Origin: a virus
Lineage: Duplodnaviria; Heunggongvirae; Uroviricota; Caudoviricetes
Virus record (IMG/VR): IMGVR_UViG_3300035208_002255
Coordinates: 64,001-128,000 of that record
Strand: one strand, 5' to 3'
DNA length: 64,000 nucleotides
This document shows positions 9,244-18,430 of the stretch, in pieces (the stretch's first letter is position 1; each line of letters starts with the position of its first letter). The notes under the pieces are model-generated. The model made no database searches. It saw only the letters and a program-made list of their open reading frames with translations, and was not told where the DNA came from. Position numbers and translations under genes: made by a program.

Positions 9244-10903
9244 TGAAATCCTCGAATAAGAAAGCTTTTTCGTAACCTGCTTCTTCCTCTGTAACTTTAC
9301 CAGAGGTAATCATAAGATCTAACATCTTGGCAATTTTACCTTTCATCTGTTCATAGGTACCAGACCGACTTGGAGCGGGTAAGCGTAGAACCAGATAAAG
9401 GGCTTGAGACAACGTAATGTTAGATGGTGGAGTACCAAGAAGTTTGTTAGCCCCAGGTCCAATGCCGTACAAGTCGGGACCAAACTCTACAACATTTAGA
9501 TAAAGCTCAAGAATCTTTTCCTTTGGTAAAGAACTCTCCAAAGCAACTGTTAAGATAGCTTCTTGAATTTTACGACCAAGCGTTCTCTTTCTAGATAGCC
9601 AAAGATTCTTTGCTAGCTGCATCGTGATAGTAGAACCACCACGGAAGAACTTACCAAGTCTCAAGTTATCCCTGATCGAATTCTCAATAGCCTGAGGAAT
9701 GATCCCTCTATGAGAAAAGAATCCGGGGTCTTCAGTTGTTGTAAGCGCCTTAACCATTGTATCAGATACCAATTCAAATGGTACCCATTCTAGAGACCCC
9801 GGTCCCGAGACTCTTTCAAACTTACCACCGGAATTGGGGTGATACGCAGTGTAAGCGAACTTACCACTCAAAGCTTTGATGAAGCTAGGTATAGGGCCAT
9901 CAATTGAACAATTGTTATGAAGCTTGAACTTCACCTGTGGTTGAGTTTCTAGAGAGAAACCTAAAGTACCTTTAAACTTCACTTGATCGATTGGCGGTGT
10001 TTTCAATTCATTAGGTAAAGCACGAAGCCAATCCGCACAATCTGCATCTTCAGCTGTAACGCGCCTCTCTGCAACGTTAAAGCCAATGTATACACCATTG
10101 ATCTTAACTGAATGGTTTGCTGTTTTTACATCTGCTAGAGCAAAAGCATTAACATCAACATTCTGTACAGTTAGCATATTCAAGTACAGCATTGGGTGAG
10201 AACCAAACACTGTATTAGCATCAATCTTAATGATGCCATTTGAAAACTTTACAGAAATACCCGTGCCACCAACTGACAAGTTAGTATCATGTTTAATGAG
10301 AGCATACTTAATAGAGATGTTGATGATATTATCAACAACACATTGCACTCCAGATACTGAGATGTCGCCAATACCATCCTTAGATGTTTTAGCTCTATCA
10401 AATGTGATTGTCTTAGTCTTACGATCCGCTGTAATATTCTCAAACGTTACAGTTCCATATTCAGTTGTTGCAACACCTGTTGGTGCAAACACTTTAAAAC
10501 CGTCAACGCCGGCATTGTTCAGTTGCAATACGGAATCATCTTTCTGTACTTTTAGAGATAGATTCTTAGCTACGATTCTGTACTTATCAACATCAGTACT
10601 AGAACTGTTAGCTTTCGTATCTGATTTTAGAGTTAAAGAAACACTTCCACCATCAGAAACAATTGTCTTTGCATTTCTACAAGCAATAGCTGATGTGATG
10701 TTTCCGTTGATATTACCACGATTGATAGTAATACCTTTTAGGTTGACGCAATCTAAGCTCTTCAAACTTACATAGTCAACGTGGACACCGGGCATCATTC
10801 CATTTACATATCTGACCAATACAGAAGGAAGTATTAGATATCCGATGACACCTAAAACAATAACACAACCCAATAGAATTAGAAGTTTTTTAGACTTACT
10901 CAT
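9233..10903 (-). CDS. Membrane-anchored peptidoglycan transglycosylase (GT51 domain)
   Basis: N-terminal TM; EDPGFFSHRG, GGSTITMQLAKN, RKIQE, ILELYLN motifs; likely start MSKSKK at 10903. Confidence 0.88.
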   Translation of the reverse strand: MSKSKKLLILLGCVIVLGVIGYLILPSVLVRYVNGMMPGVHVDYVSLKSLDCVNLKGITINRGNINGNITSAIACRNAKTIVSDGGSVSLTLKSDTKANSSSTDVDKYRIVAKNLSLKVQKDDSVLQLNNAGVDGFKVFAPTGVATTEYGTVTFENITADRKTKTITFDRAKTSKDGIGDISVSGVQCVVDNIINISIKYALIKHDTNLSVGGTGISVKFSNGIIKIDANTVFGSHPMLYLNMLTVQNVDVNAFALADVKTANHSVKINGVYIGFNVAERRVTAEDADCADWLRALPNELKTPPIDQVKFKGTLGFSLETQPQVKFKLHNNCSIDGPIPSFIKALSGKFAYTAYHPNSGGKFERVSGPGSLEWVPFELVSDTMVKALTTTEDPGFFSHRGIIPQAIENSIRDNLRLGKFFRGGSTITMQLAKNLWLSRKRTLGRKIQEAILTVALESSLPKEKILELYLNVVEFGPDLYGIGPGANKLLGTPPSNITLSQALYLVLRLPAPSRSGTYEQMKGKIAKMLDLMITSGKVTEEEAGYEKAFLFEDFNDE

Positions 10904-10940
10904 GCGGGCACCATGGTACCATAAAGTCGTACAAAAAGCA

Positions 10941-10962
10941 AGAGGAGCCTTTCGGCTCCTCT
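10941..10962 (-). terminator. Rho-independent terminator
   Basis: Minus strand AGAGGAGCC-GAAA-GGCTCCTCT then TGCTTTTT. Lies just downstream of the NAMPT stop. Confidence 0.7.
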
Positions 10963-10983
10963 CATGTTTCTGCGGTTTTTCTT

Positions 10984-13434
10984 TTACTTCAACTGCCAGC
11001 CGGGAGGCAGTGGCTCTTTCGGCCAAGCGTTCTCTCGGACCTCTTCCATCGTCAACATGTTAAAGACATCACCATTGAGAAAAACCTCTTGCATCACAGT
11101 ATCAGGGTGAACATCTTGACCTTTTTCAAGCTTCACCGTTTCATAAACAGCAAAACCAGCATCATTAATCTTACGAATAAGATCAAGACGACCACGCTTC
11201 GAGTTCTTCACCTGATCAGTAGCGGGCTGCTTGAAGACCTCAACCTCTTCGCCATTCACAATAACCCAGCTACACTTCATTGCAAAACGCTGTGTATCAC
11301 GATTATGTTGTTGAAGAAGAGCACCACCCATACCAAAAGTGATATTCTCAGTACTCCATCCAACTTCTTTTAGCGCCTCCAGGATCTCTTCAATACTATC
11401 AAGGTTCACACCATCACCTTGAATGACACGAACATATTTCAGAACCTTAAAACCCTTAGAATTCGTTGTAGTTCCGAATTTGTTACCAAGGATTTCTAGG
11501 ACTTTAAGAACTACTTCCTTTGGATCTCCCGAGTCAGGACGAACAACGAGAGTTGCTCCCGAATCAATCACCTTTTGCTTAAGAGTTCCACCCCAAATGT
11601 TCTCACATGCATTGAAGATGTCGTACGAATCAGAGACGCAAGCTAGGACCTTGCCATTACCACCGTACACCTCAAGCATGTTCTCATAAGCTTTCTCTTC
11701 ATTCTCACGGCCCCACGAAGTAATGGTGCTGTGTTCTGAATTACCACTTATAGCAACGAAATTATTCCTTCTAACAACTACCATTCCTGATGGAACCGTG
11801 ACGCAATATACTATTCCATTATATTCTATTGTACCTTTTTTAATTCCAAGGCCATTTCTTCCAGAAGCAGGACACACCATTACAGTATAAATAGTTTTTC
11901 TATTATCTCTTGGATCTTCATACTCTGATAATACAGATCTATGTCCAGATAAAACACCAACACACTGAACAACCGTTGCTGTGTCGTAATTGGTACTATG
12001 ATATAAAAGTGTATTATTTTTTATCTGTCCATCCCAATTAGTAAGTTCTTCAATTGCCTTTTTAGCCCAAGTGCTTGATATTTGTGTAATATCAATCCAA
12101 CTAAAATCCTTTACCATTAAGACATCATTTGGAACTTTTATCCAAAAATGGATTTTATCATTTGATTTGGATTCAAAATATTCGTAATTCAACTCTTTTA
12201 GAATCACTCTTAATCGTTCACATTTTCTTTTCTTTTTTAAGGAAAATCTAATTGGTTTACATCCGGTTTTTTCTCCAGTATATCTATCTTTTCTAGATAC
12301 GAAACTACCGTCAGCTTGAAAGGCTATACGTAAAGCGTCCAAAGGAGTAAATCTAGTAATTGGACCTACTCCTAATCCAGCTTGTGGAATTTCATTTCTT
12401 TGAGAGAACGAAATATCATTAGCTTGAAAAATTTCAAGCTCGTTAGTTGTAAGACTACGCCTTACCATTCTATGATTTGGAGTTACTACCAAATCAATTT
12501 TAGCTGTTTTTCCTTTAGTGGTAAAAGTAATCAAATTTCCACTATATGGTACATTATAAATGTTTTCAGGATATACAAATTCAATATTTCCCTCTTTTGT
12601 ATACTGAGCAACTTTTGTTTTTTCATCTAGGTCTTTAAATAAAACAAAACCATCTTCTGATAAAATTTCGGTTTCATCATCATAACAAGCGGGAATACTC
12701 CACGCCGACATTGGGCACTTGTACATTTCGTTAGCAAGAGCAACACCAACACCAGTATCCGATCCTCGGAAATTGATTAGGTGAGCACAGCCACCGATAG
12801 TCGCTGCTTCACGACAAGTTGCACCACGACCACCAAAATCATGAAGCTTAAACAGAACCTCTTCGGGTCCGCAATCCGAAGTTTCTGCAAGGTACTGTCC
12901 AATAAGCTTTCGAGCGTGATACGAAATCGTAGCTACATTTGTAGCATACCACATACGAACGAGCTGAGTTTCCAGCCACGAAGCAATCCAGAACAACTCA
13001 GGATCAGTGCTCTCAATACTGACGAGAATGTTGTGAGTAGGAACAACCGAACCTTCAGGGACAGCACGAATGCGTACAGGAAGCCTTCCGCCATAAACGT
13101 TCACAACTTTCATCCAACCATCATAGTTGAATGGCATTCCATGACCTTCCCAGAAAGCCTTAGCCTGCTCAACAATCTCTTTGGTAATGATAGGACCAGT
13201 AAAATACTCCTGGATCATATACATTAAACCAAAAACAACAGTCCTATCGAACTTGCCGCCACGGCTTTCGATGTACGAAAACATCTTGGTTGTACCCTTG
13301 GGATACTGGGGCCAGTGGCTCACTTTGTAGCTGTCTGCATCGACAAGTGGATTCTTCCACAGATTCATAGGAATCCTAATATTGTCAACACGATTACAAT
13401 TCATCTCAAATTCTGTAGTGCATTGATTTTCCAT
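10984..13434 (-). CDS. nadV: Nicotinamide phosphoribosyltransferase (intein-containing)
   Basis: DADSYKVSH, LHDFGGRG, SIPA|intein|SEHST, VVRPDSGDP, IQGDG, FGMGGALLQ; RBS AGGAG upstream of 13434. Confidence 0.93.
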   Translation of the reverse strand: MENQCTTEFEMNCNRVDNIRIPMNLWKNPLVDADSYKVSHWPQYPKGTTKMFSYIESRGGKFDRTVVFGLMYMIQEYFTGPIITKEIVEQAKAFWEGHGMPFNYDGWMKVVNVYGGRLPVRIRAVPEGSVVPTHNILVSIESTDPELFWIASWLETQLVRMWYATNVATISYHARKLIGQYLAETSDCGPEEVLFKLHDFGGRGATCREAATIGGCAHLINFRGSDTGVGVALANEMYKCPMSAWSIPACYDDETEILSEDGFVLFKDLDEKTKVAQYTKEGNIEFVYPENIYNVPYSGNLITFTTKGKTAKIDLVVTPNHRMVRRSLTTNELEIFQANDISFSQRNEIPQAGLGVGPITRFTPLDALRIAFQADGSFVSRKDRYTGEKTGCKPIRFSLKKKRKCERLRVILKELNYEYFESKSNDKIHFWIKVPNDVLMVKDFSWIDITQISSTWAKKAIEELTNWDGQIKNNTLLYHSTNYDTATVVQCVGVLSGHRSVLSEYEDPRDNRKTIYTVMVCPASGRNGLGIKKGTIEYNGIVYCVTVPSGMVVVRRNNFVAISGNSEHSTITSWGRENEEKAYENMLEVYGGNGKVLACVSDSYDIFNACENIWGGTLKQKVIDSGATLVVRPDSGDPKEVVLKVLEILGNKFGTTTNSKGFKVLKYVRVIQGDGVNLDSIEEILEALKEVGWSTENITFGMGGALLQQHNRDTQRFAMKCSWVIVNGEEVEVFKQPATDQVKNSKRGRLDLIRKINDAGFAVYETVKLEKGQDVHPDTVMQEVFLNGDVFNMLTMEEVRENAWPKEPLPPGWQLK
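11740..12687 (-). mobile_element. 316-aa intein with LAGLIDADG-type endonuclease in NAMPT
   Basis: Starts CYDDETEIL, has TPNH (block B), ADG and WDG endonuclease-like motifs, VYCVTVPSG (block F), ends GN before +1 Ser. Confidence 0.9.
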
Positions 13435-13539
13435 AATTCTCCTAATCTTTTATAGACTCTCTCTGAGTCCGCAGATCCATTACCTTTCGGTATGGTGAGT
13501 AATTACACTATCACATGTAACTACTCATTACTCGTCCCA

Positions 13540-13950
13540 TTAACGAGGAGCGGGCTTGGTCTTTGCTTCCAACGCTACTTGTGCTGCCTTCTCTGAAAGA
13601 CCATACACAAGGGTCTTCTGTTTATGAGCCTTGCGAACCCATGATGGCATCTCTACTTTACTCTTGATAGCAAGATCAAGAGCCGCCCTCATGACATCAG
13701 GAATGCTCCCGCGCATGTTGATCTCGATCACACCATCGCCATTCTTGAGACGATCCTCTGCGGTATTACGGCCGAAAGACTTCTTGAAGACTTCGGGTTC
13801 ATCTCCTCGATTCTGGGTGATGAATGCAAAAGATACGCGATGTGTCTGATCTGCATCATCCTTATCGGGACGAGTCATTGCAACAGTTCCAAATCTTGGA
13901 CTGTTTGGGCGATGAGGATTCTTAGAAACGAAATATCCAAACTTAGTCAT
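13540..13950 (-). CDS. hypothetical protein
   Basis: ORF, likely start MTKFG at 13950. Confidence 0.65.
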   Translation of the reverse strand: MTKFGYFVSKNPHRPNSPRFGTVAMTRPDKDDADQTHRVSFAFITQNRGDEPEVFKKSFGRNTAEDRLKNGDGVIEINMRGSIPDVMRAALDLAIKSKVEMPSWVRKAHKQKTLVYGLSEKAAQVALEAKTKPAPR

Positions 13951-14015
13951 TGAAATCTCAACTTTCTTCCCTAGTAGGAGGGTGCATCTTACAACACACC
14001 ATCCCAACTTTCAAC

Positions 14016-14156
14016 TTACTTCTTCTCTTCCGTGATGATACTGAGCTGACCGCAAGCGGCACCAGCATCAATCTCTGCCTGAGTCGCAAATGCAACTGCA
14101 TAATCGAAACCCGCATTTTCCAACTGATCACAAACATTTTTTGTATTGTTTTCCAT
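14016..14156 (-). CDS. 46-aa peptide carrying the RlmN C-terminal AACGQL motif
   Basis: Manual translation MENNTKNVCDQLENAGFDYAVAFATQAEIDAGAACGQLSIITEEKK; own RBS GAGGAG; below the ORF-track cutoff. Confidence 0.85.
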   Translation of the reverse strand: MENNTKNVCDQLENAGFDYAVAFATQAEIDAGAACGQLSIITEEKK

Positions 14157-14167
14157 GATACTTCTCC

Positions 14168-14959
14168 TCACACTAGGTTAACGCCCTCGATAGCACCTGC
14201 ACCGAGATTGTTTTCTTCAGAAACTGCATTGGGGTTAATTGGACTAACTTTGATGAAGAACTTTGAAGGATCGAAATTGGACTTCAACTTCTCAATATCA
14301 AAGTCAGCCATGTCTACCAAAGTCATATTGACAGTGGTCTTAAGATTAGAAGATGTTCGAATCTGACCAAGCTCAGCAATACTCATCTTCTTCTTAATTG
14401 GAATTAGATCGTCTCTGCGATCCTCATCCAATGAGTGCAGTGAAACCTGTAGAGTAATATTGTCCTTAATCCATGAGAAGTCCGAACCCTTCAATCCAAC
14501 AGTTGAGACATAATGATGAGTTCCAGGATAACGTTGCTCGATAAGTTCAATTGCTCGTTTAACCTCTTCAAGATTCAGGAAAGGTTCGCCCATGCGAGTA
14601 TAGTTGATCTTGTATTCTTTTGCATCAGTAAATTTCAGTTCCGGATGCTTAGAGAGAACAAACTCAACCTGTGCAACAATCTCTTCAGCCGTCAGCCTGC
14701 GCCACTTCGGAAGCTTACCAGCCATGCAAAATTTGCATCCGACTGGGCAGCCAGACATTGTAGATACGCCTATGATAAATCTCTCAGTTCTGTCTCCAAG
14801 ATCAGAATTATCAAGTTTGTTTTGCTTCCGACCAATAGCATCTTTGGTGTAGAAAGGCAAGAAGGTATCGGTAACTTCGATGGGAAAATCATCTTCCGTC
14901 TTGAGTGCATACACAACGCCATTGGCGAAACTTCGATTACAAATCTCTTTAAGAATCAT
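14168..14959 (-). CDS. RlmN/Cfr-like radical SAM enzyme, C-terminally truncated
   Basis: VSTMSGCPVGCKFC, RMGEPFLN, VSTVG, LQVSLHS motifs. Confidence 0.85.
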   Translation of the reverse strand: MILKEICNRSFANGVVYALKTEDDFPIEVTDTFLPFYTKDAIGRKQNKLDNSDLGDRTERFIIGVSTMSGCPVGCKFCMAGKLPKWRRLTAEEIVAQVEFVLSKHPELKFTDAKEYKINYTRMGEPFLNLEEVKRAIELIEQRYPGTHHYVSTVGLKGSDFSWIKDNITLQVSLHSLDEDRRDDLIPIKKKMSIAELGQIRTSSNLKTTVNMTLVDMADFDIEKLKSNFDPSKFFIKVSPINPNAVSEENNLGAGAIEGVNLV

Positions 14960-14977
14960 TGTAAAATCCTCCTTTCA

Positions 14978-16051
14978 TCAAAATTTTGAGCAAAAAAATC
15001 TTATGATGTGCCAATGGTCTTCGAAGAATTCATCTTCGTACTTATCCACATCAGAGAGGGGCATCCAACGAGCCTTCTCCATATCATCATCTCCCTTAAT
15101 CTTTGGAAGAGGACCCGAGCCAAGATCGAAACAGAATGCATGAGTGATTGTACGTCCGCGCAAAGAACGATTCGGATCGTCAAAGACATGAACTTCACGA
15201 ATGCGCTTTTTTATTTCGTCCTTCGGAAGACCAAGACGAGTTTCTTCTTTAAGTTCTCGCAAACATCCTGTAAGGATAGACTCATCATCTCGCAAGAATC
15301 CACCAGGAAGAGCTAGAAGACCTTTGCCCAACTCACCACGACGGCGGCCAACCAATACATGACCACTCTTGATGACAACAGCATCAGTAGTGACAAAGAT
15401 AGGTGGATAAGGTGAGTCACTCCATTGATCTTTGTATTCAAGAATATGTCTGAACTCGTTGTAAAGTCTCTGATACTGAGGAGTATTAGTATCAATTTCT
15501 TTTTTAAGAGTACTAAAGACAACTTCAGGAATAATATTCTTTAGAGTTAAGGTGTTCTTTCTAAAGAAATCATCTATAACACCTGTTTCAGTAACATTAA
15601 TCTTAAGTTGATTGATCACATCCACAAAATCCCACTGCGGGAACGTATCCTTATCGGAGCTTCGTCCATACACAGTGACATTATGATCATCCAAGTCAAC
15701 CATCTCATCCTCTCCAGCACTGAATCTCGGATTGGATGTACAGTCCACAGCGTTAAGCGCTGTCTGAACCGTAGCAAGCCACATGGTATTGTTGTAAAGG
15801 TAATCCCTTACTCGAACAAATGAAATGCGCTCAACAGAGCATGCAGGGAGGGACTCAGCTTCAAGACAACTGAGAATCATCTGCTCCCGCTCCTGAGCTG
15901 TCCAAGGATTCTTTGGAGACCTTGCCTGGCAAGCAGAGCCAATGATGATGACCACATGATCATTATTTTCCAACGCCAGCTTGATGGCGGCAAGGTGACC
16001 ATTGTGGATGGGCATGAAACGCCCATTGATTACGCCAATATTCTTTTTCAT
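14978..16051 (-). CDS. nadM: Bifunctional NMN adenylyltransferase / ADP-ribose pyrophosphatase (NadM-Nudix)
   Basis: GRFMPIHNGH, NPWTAQERE, Nudix ALPGGF...RELKEET, RGRTITH. Confidence 0.92.
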   Translation of the reverse strand: MKKNIGVINGRFMPIHNGHLAAIKLALENNDHVVIIIGSACQARSPKNPWTAQEREQMILSCLEAESLPACSVERISFVRVRDYLYNNTMWLATVQTALNAVDCTSNPRFSAGEDEMVDLDDHNVTVYGRSSDKDTFPQWDFVDVINQLKINVTETGVIDDFFRKNTLTLKNIIPEVVFSTLKKEIDTNTPQYQRLYNEFRHILEYKDQWSDSPYPPIFVTTDAVVIKSGHVLVGRRRGELGKGLLALPGGFLRDDESILTGCLRELKEETRLGLPKDEIKKRIREVHVFDDPNRSLRGRTITHAFCFDLGSGPLPKIKGDDDMEKARWMPLSDVDKYEDEFFEDHWHIIRFFCSKF

Positions 16052-16255
16052 AACTACTCTCTGTTGTTATTGTGACGGTCTCTACTGAGACATTGTCACG
16101 AGAAATTACAGGATGATGTTTAGAGTTCTCGACCCAAGAACATCTTCATGTAGTACACTTCTCTGATGAAGTATGCGTACTGTAACCCATATTCTTTCTC
16201 GCGTCAAGAACTTTTTCGAGTCTGTTTTTTTTTTTTTTGCTGCGTTTTCGGATAC

Positions 16256-16498
16256 TTATGCCAGAAGGTTGCACTTCCACTCACGCAAGCATCCGTCCCA
16301 GAACTTTTTGCGAACCAGTTTCTGGATCAGCTCTTTACCAAGAGAATTCTCCAAAGTCAAGAACGCAGATTGAAAGTTTCCGTTTTTATCCCTTGCACCA
16401 GCATGATTCATTGAATCCCAAGCACTTACAATAGCATCAATGAGTTTCTTGTGTCGGCGATAATAACTCTCTTCCTTCTTGGTAAGAGCGTAATCCAT
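16256..16498 (-). CDS. hypothetical protein
   Basis: 80-aa ORF, stop/start coupled with the upstream gene. Confidence 0.55.
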   Translation of the reverse strand: MDYALTKKEESYYRRHKKLIDAIVSAWDSMNHAGARDKNGNFQSAFLTLENSLGKELIQKLVRKKFWDGCLREWKCNLLA

Positions 16499-16821
16499 TA
16501 GAGACCTCTAGCTTCTTTGACGTCTTTAAGAAACGCAGCAACTATCAGATCATTGGAAATATATCTGTACTTACCAAGCTCCTGAACAGTTGTTGTGACA
16601 CCATTCCAATCGCCTTGCTGCTCAACGCGATCTTGGTAGAATTTTTCAAACAACCCAAGTTTACGTTCGTAATAACAACGCAATTCATTTGCTCTTAAAG
16701 TAGCTATTTTATCATTATAGATGTACTCTGTCAGCAGATATCTTGGTTGATGTGAAATATGAACTTCACCGCCAGAAACTGCAGCTTCCTTGTAAAGAGC
16801 TAGAACATGTTCTACTGTCAT
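16498..16821 (-). CDS. hypothetical protein
   Basis: 107-aa ORF, coupled at both ends. Confidence 0.6.
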   Translation of the reverse strand: MTVEHVLALYKEAAVSGGEVHISHQPRYLLTEYIYNDKIATLRANELRCYYERKLGLFEKFYQDRVEQQGDWNGVTTTVQELGKYRYISNDLIVAAFLKDVKEARGL

Positions 16822-17177
16822 TATTCCTCTACAGCCTTTACGTCTTCAGGGTAAACGATTTCAAATAAGTCAATGTTGATTGATCCCATTCTATCAAAAG
16901 TATCAGTATGAAATCGGACAACACAGCAAGGATATGATTCAGGCATTCTACAATCGGGAAGTCTTCGGAACTTTGTTCTATCTACAGGTTGAGATTCATC
17001 AAAATCAGGAGTCTCTTTGAAGTCAACGTCCGAGTGGTACGTTCCATCTTTAAATGGAAACTCAATACCAAGGATTTGTTCTACATGGTTGATATCATCA
17101 TCAGCCCATATATCAAGCATCTCTTGGTCTGATGTTACAAAGATTTTCATAACAAACCTAAAATCATGATTAGTCAT
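16821..17177 (-). CDS. hypothetical protein
   Basis: Likely start MTNHDF at 17177, overlapping the coaD stop. Confidence 0.6.
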   Translation of the reverse strand: MTNHDFRFVMKIFVTSDQEMLDIWADDDINHVEQILGIEFPFKDGTYHSDVDFKETPDFDESQPVDRTKFRRLPDCRMPESYPCCVVRFHTDTFDRMGSINIDLFEIVYPEDVKAVEE

Positions 17178-17649
17178 TTGCAAATACTTCGTGAAGTGCT
17201 TTTTGAATAACTTTAGGAACGTAAGGTGTGTAATCAGCACCAAGTTGTGCTAGTTGACGAACAACAGAAGATGATACGTGAGTTTGAGCACCTTGGGCTG
17301 GGAGAAATATAGTTTCCAAATCACCAAGACCTGAATTTACATGAGCCATACCAAACTCATATTCAAAATCAACACTGTTTCGAAGACCACGCACAACAAC
17401 TTTGATATCATTCTCAGCGCAATACTTAGCAAGTAACCCATTCACTTCCCTAACCTTGACATTCAAGGAAAGATCTTTAAAAGTTTCAATAATTTGAACA
17501 ACCCTTTGAGACTGGTGAAACAAAGGTTTCTTTGATGGATTTGTAGCCACCCCAATTGTTAAGTCGAATAACTTTGATGCACGGACTATAATATCAACAT
17601 GCCCCAATGTAAGAGGATCGAATGAACCAGTGTAAATTCCTTTAATCAT
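17170..17649 (-). CDS. coaD: Phosphopantetheine adenylyltransferase
   Basis: IYTGSFDPLTLGHVDII, NPSKKPLF, VRGLRNSVDFEYE, VSSSVVRQL. Confidence 0.92.
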   Translation of the reverse strand: MIKGIYTGSFDPLTLGHVDIIVRASKLFDLTIGVATNPSKKPLFHQSQRVVQIIETFKDLSLNVKVREVNGLLAKYCAENDIKVVVRGLRNSVDFEYEFGMAHVNSGLGDLETIFLPAQGAQTHVSSSVVRQLAQLGADYTPYVPKVIQKALHEVFAND

Positions 17650-17651
17650 TA

Positions 17652-18059
17652 TTAAACCTCCTCACAATAAGTACCTTTAGAAATGTACAATTTGTCATTG
17701 AACGTAAAATATACTTCAGATTTTACACCAGTACTTAAGAAGGAATTATAGATTGAATTTGCTTCACGTTGAACTTCATCAAAAGAAACACCAAGTTTAA
17801 CCTTAAGCTCAACTTTCGCGCTTGATAAAGGTTGAGGTTTTGAAAGATTTTCTGATATACAAGAACCAAGAACTTCAACTCCAGCAAGAGCACCTTCTTC
17901 AGTGAAGTCTAATAAAATTGTCCCATTAAAAGGAACAATCTTTCCTGGCCTTCGGAATTTAATATCTCCCCTTACCTCTAGGGTTCCAACTCTTTCTTGA
18001 GGATCAGCAAGGTATACATACAAAGCTTTAGCATCTGGATCGTAAGTATGTTTAATCAT
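17652..18059 (-). CDS. DUF2283-like domain protein
   Basis: YDPDAKALYVYL...LLDFTEEGALAGVEVL. Confidence 0.65.
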   Translation of the reverse strand: MIKHTYDPDAKALYVYLADPQERVGTLEVRGDIKFRRPGKIVPFNGTILLDFTEEGALAGVEVLGSCISENLSKPQPLSSAKVELKVKLGVSFDEVQREANSIYNSFLSTGVKSEVYFTFNDKLYISKGTYCEEV

Positions 18060-18378
18060 TGTTAATACCTGTATTGAAACTTGATTTCTTAAAGCTTGAC
18101 TTTTTCAAAGAACGTTTATTACGTTTTCGCTGTAGCATTGGTTGAGACTCTGCACAAACTTCCTCTAATTTAAGTTGTGCAATTTTACGACACGTATAGC
18201 ATCGACATTCTCTGTATTTTACTCCGTGCTTACCATTAAATACGGTATGAACAGACCATAATAAGCTATGTTGACTATGTTCAATCAGCCATTTATCATT
18301 AAGTTTTTCGGGTTCACTGAATTTCTTCACAACAAACTTGGGAACAGGCATTCTAAGATATTCCTTATTTCGAGACAA
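18052..18378 (-). CDS. hypothetical protein
   Basis: 108-aa ORF with CYTC motif, RBS AAGGA. Confidence 0.6.
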   Translation of the reverse strand: MSRNKEYLRMPVPKFVVKKFSEPEKLNDKWLIEHSQHSLLWSVHTVFNGKHGVKYRECRCYTCRKIAQLKLEEVCAESQPMLQRKRNKRSLKKSSFKKSSFNTGINND

Positions 18379-18393
18379 TTCGAATCAAGGAGT

Positions 18394-18422
18394 ATTATTG
18401 CACAACCCGAAAGTTAAGTCAA
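18394..18422 (-). promoter_or_regulatory. sigma70-like promoter
   Basis: TTGACT-17 nt-AATAAT on the minus strand upstream of 18378. Confidence 0.55.
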
Positions 18423-18430
18423 GAACTTTC

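Noticed and set aside
10984-13434. NARP1-type Namat assignment for the NAMPT gene
   Set aside because: No PRPP-synthetase-like partner nearby; the neighbour is NadM-Nudix, fitting the NMN route.
14157-14170. Readthrough or sequencing frameshift joining the RlmN-like ORF to the AACGQL peptide
   Set aside because: The 11-nt gap is out of frame, contains a good SD (GAGGAG) at normal spacing, and the peptide has its own ATG. Programmed recoding is not excluded but is not needed.
16225-16238. 14-nt poly-T tract as a phase-variation site
   Set aside because: Intergenic, not tied to a supported ORF or promoter, and may be a homopolymer error.
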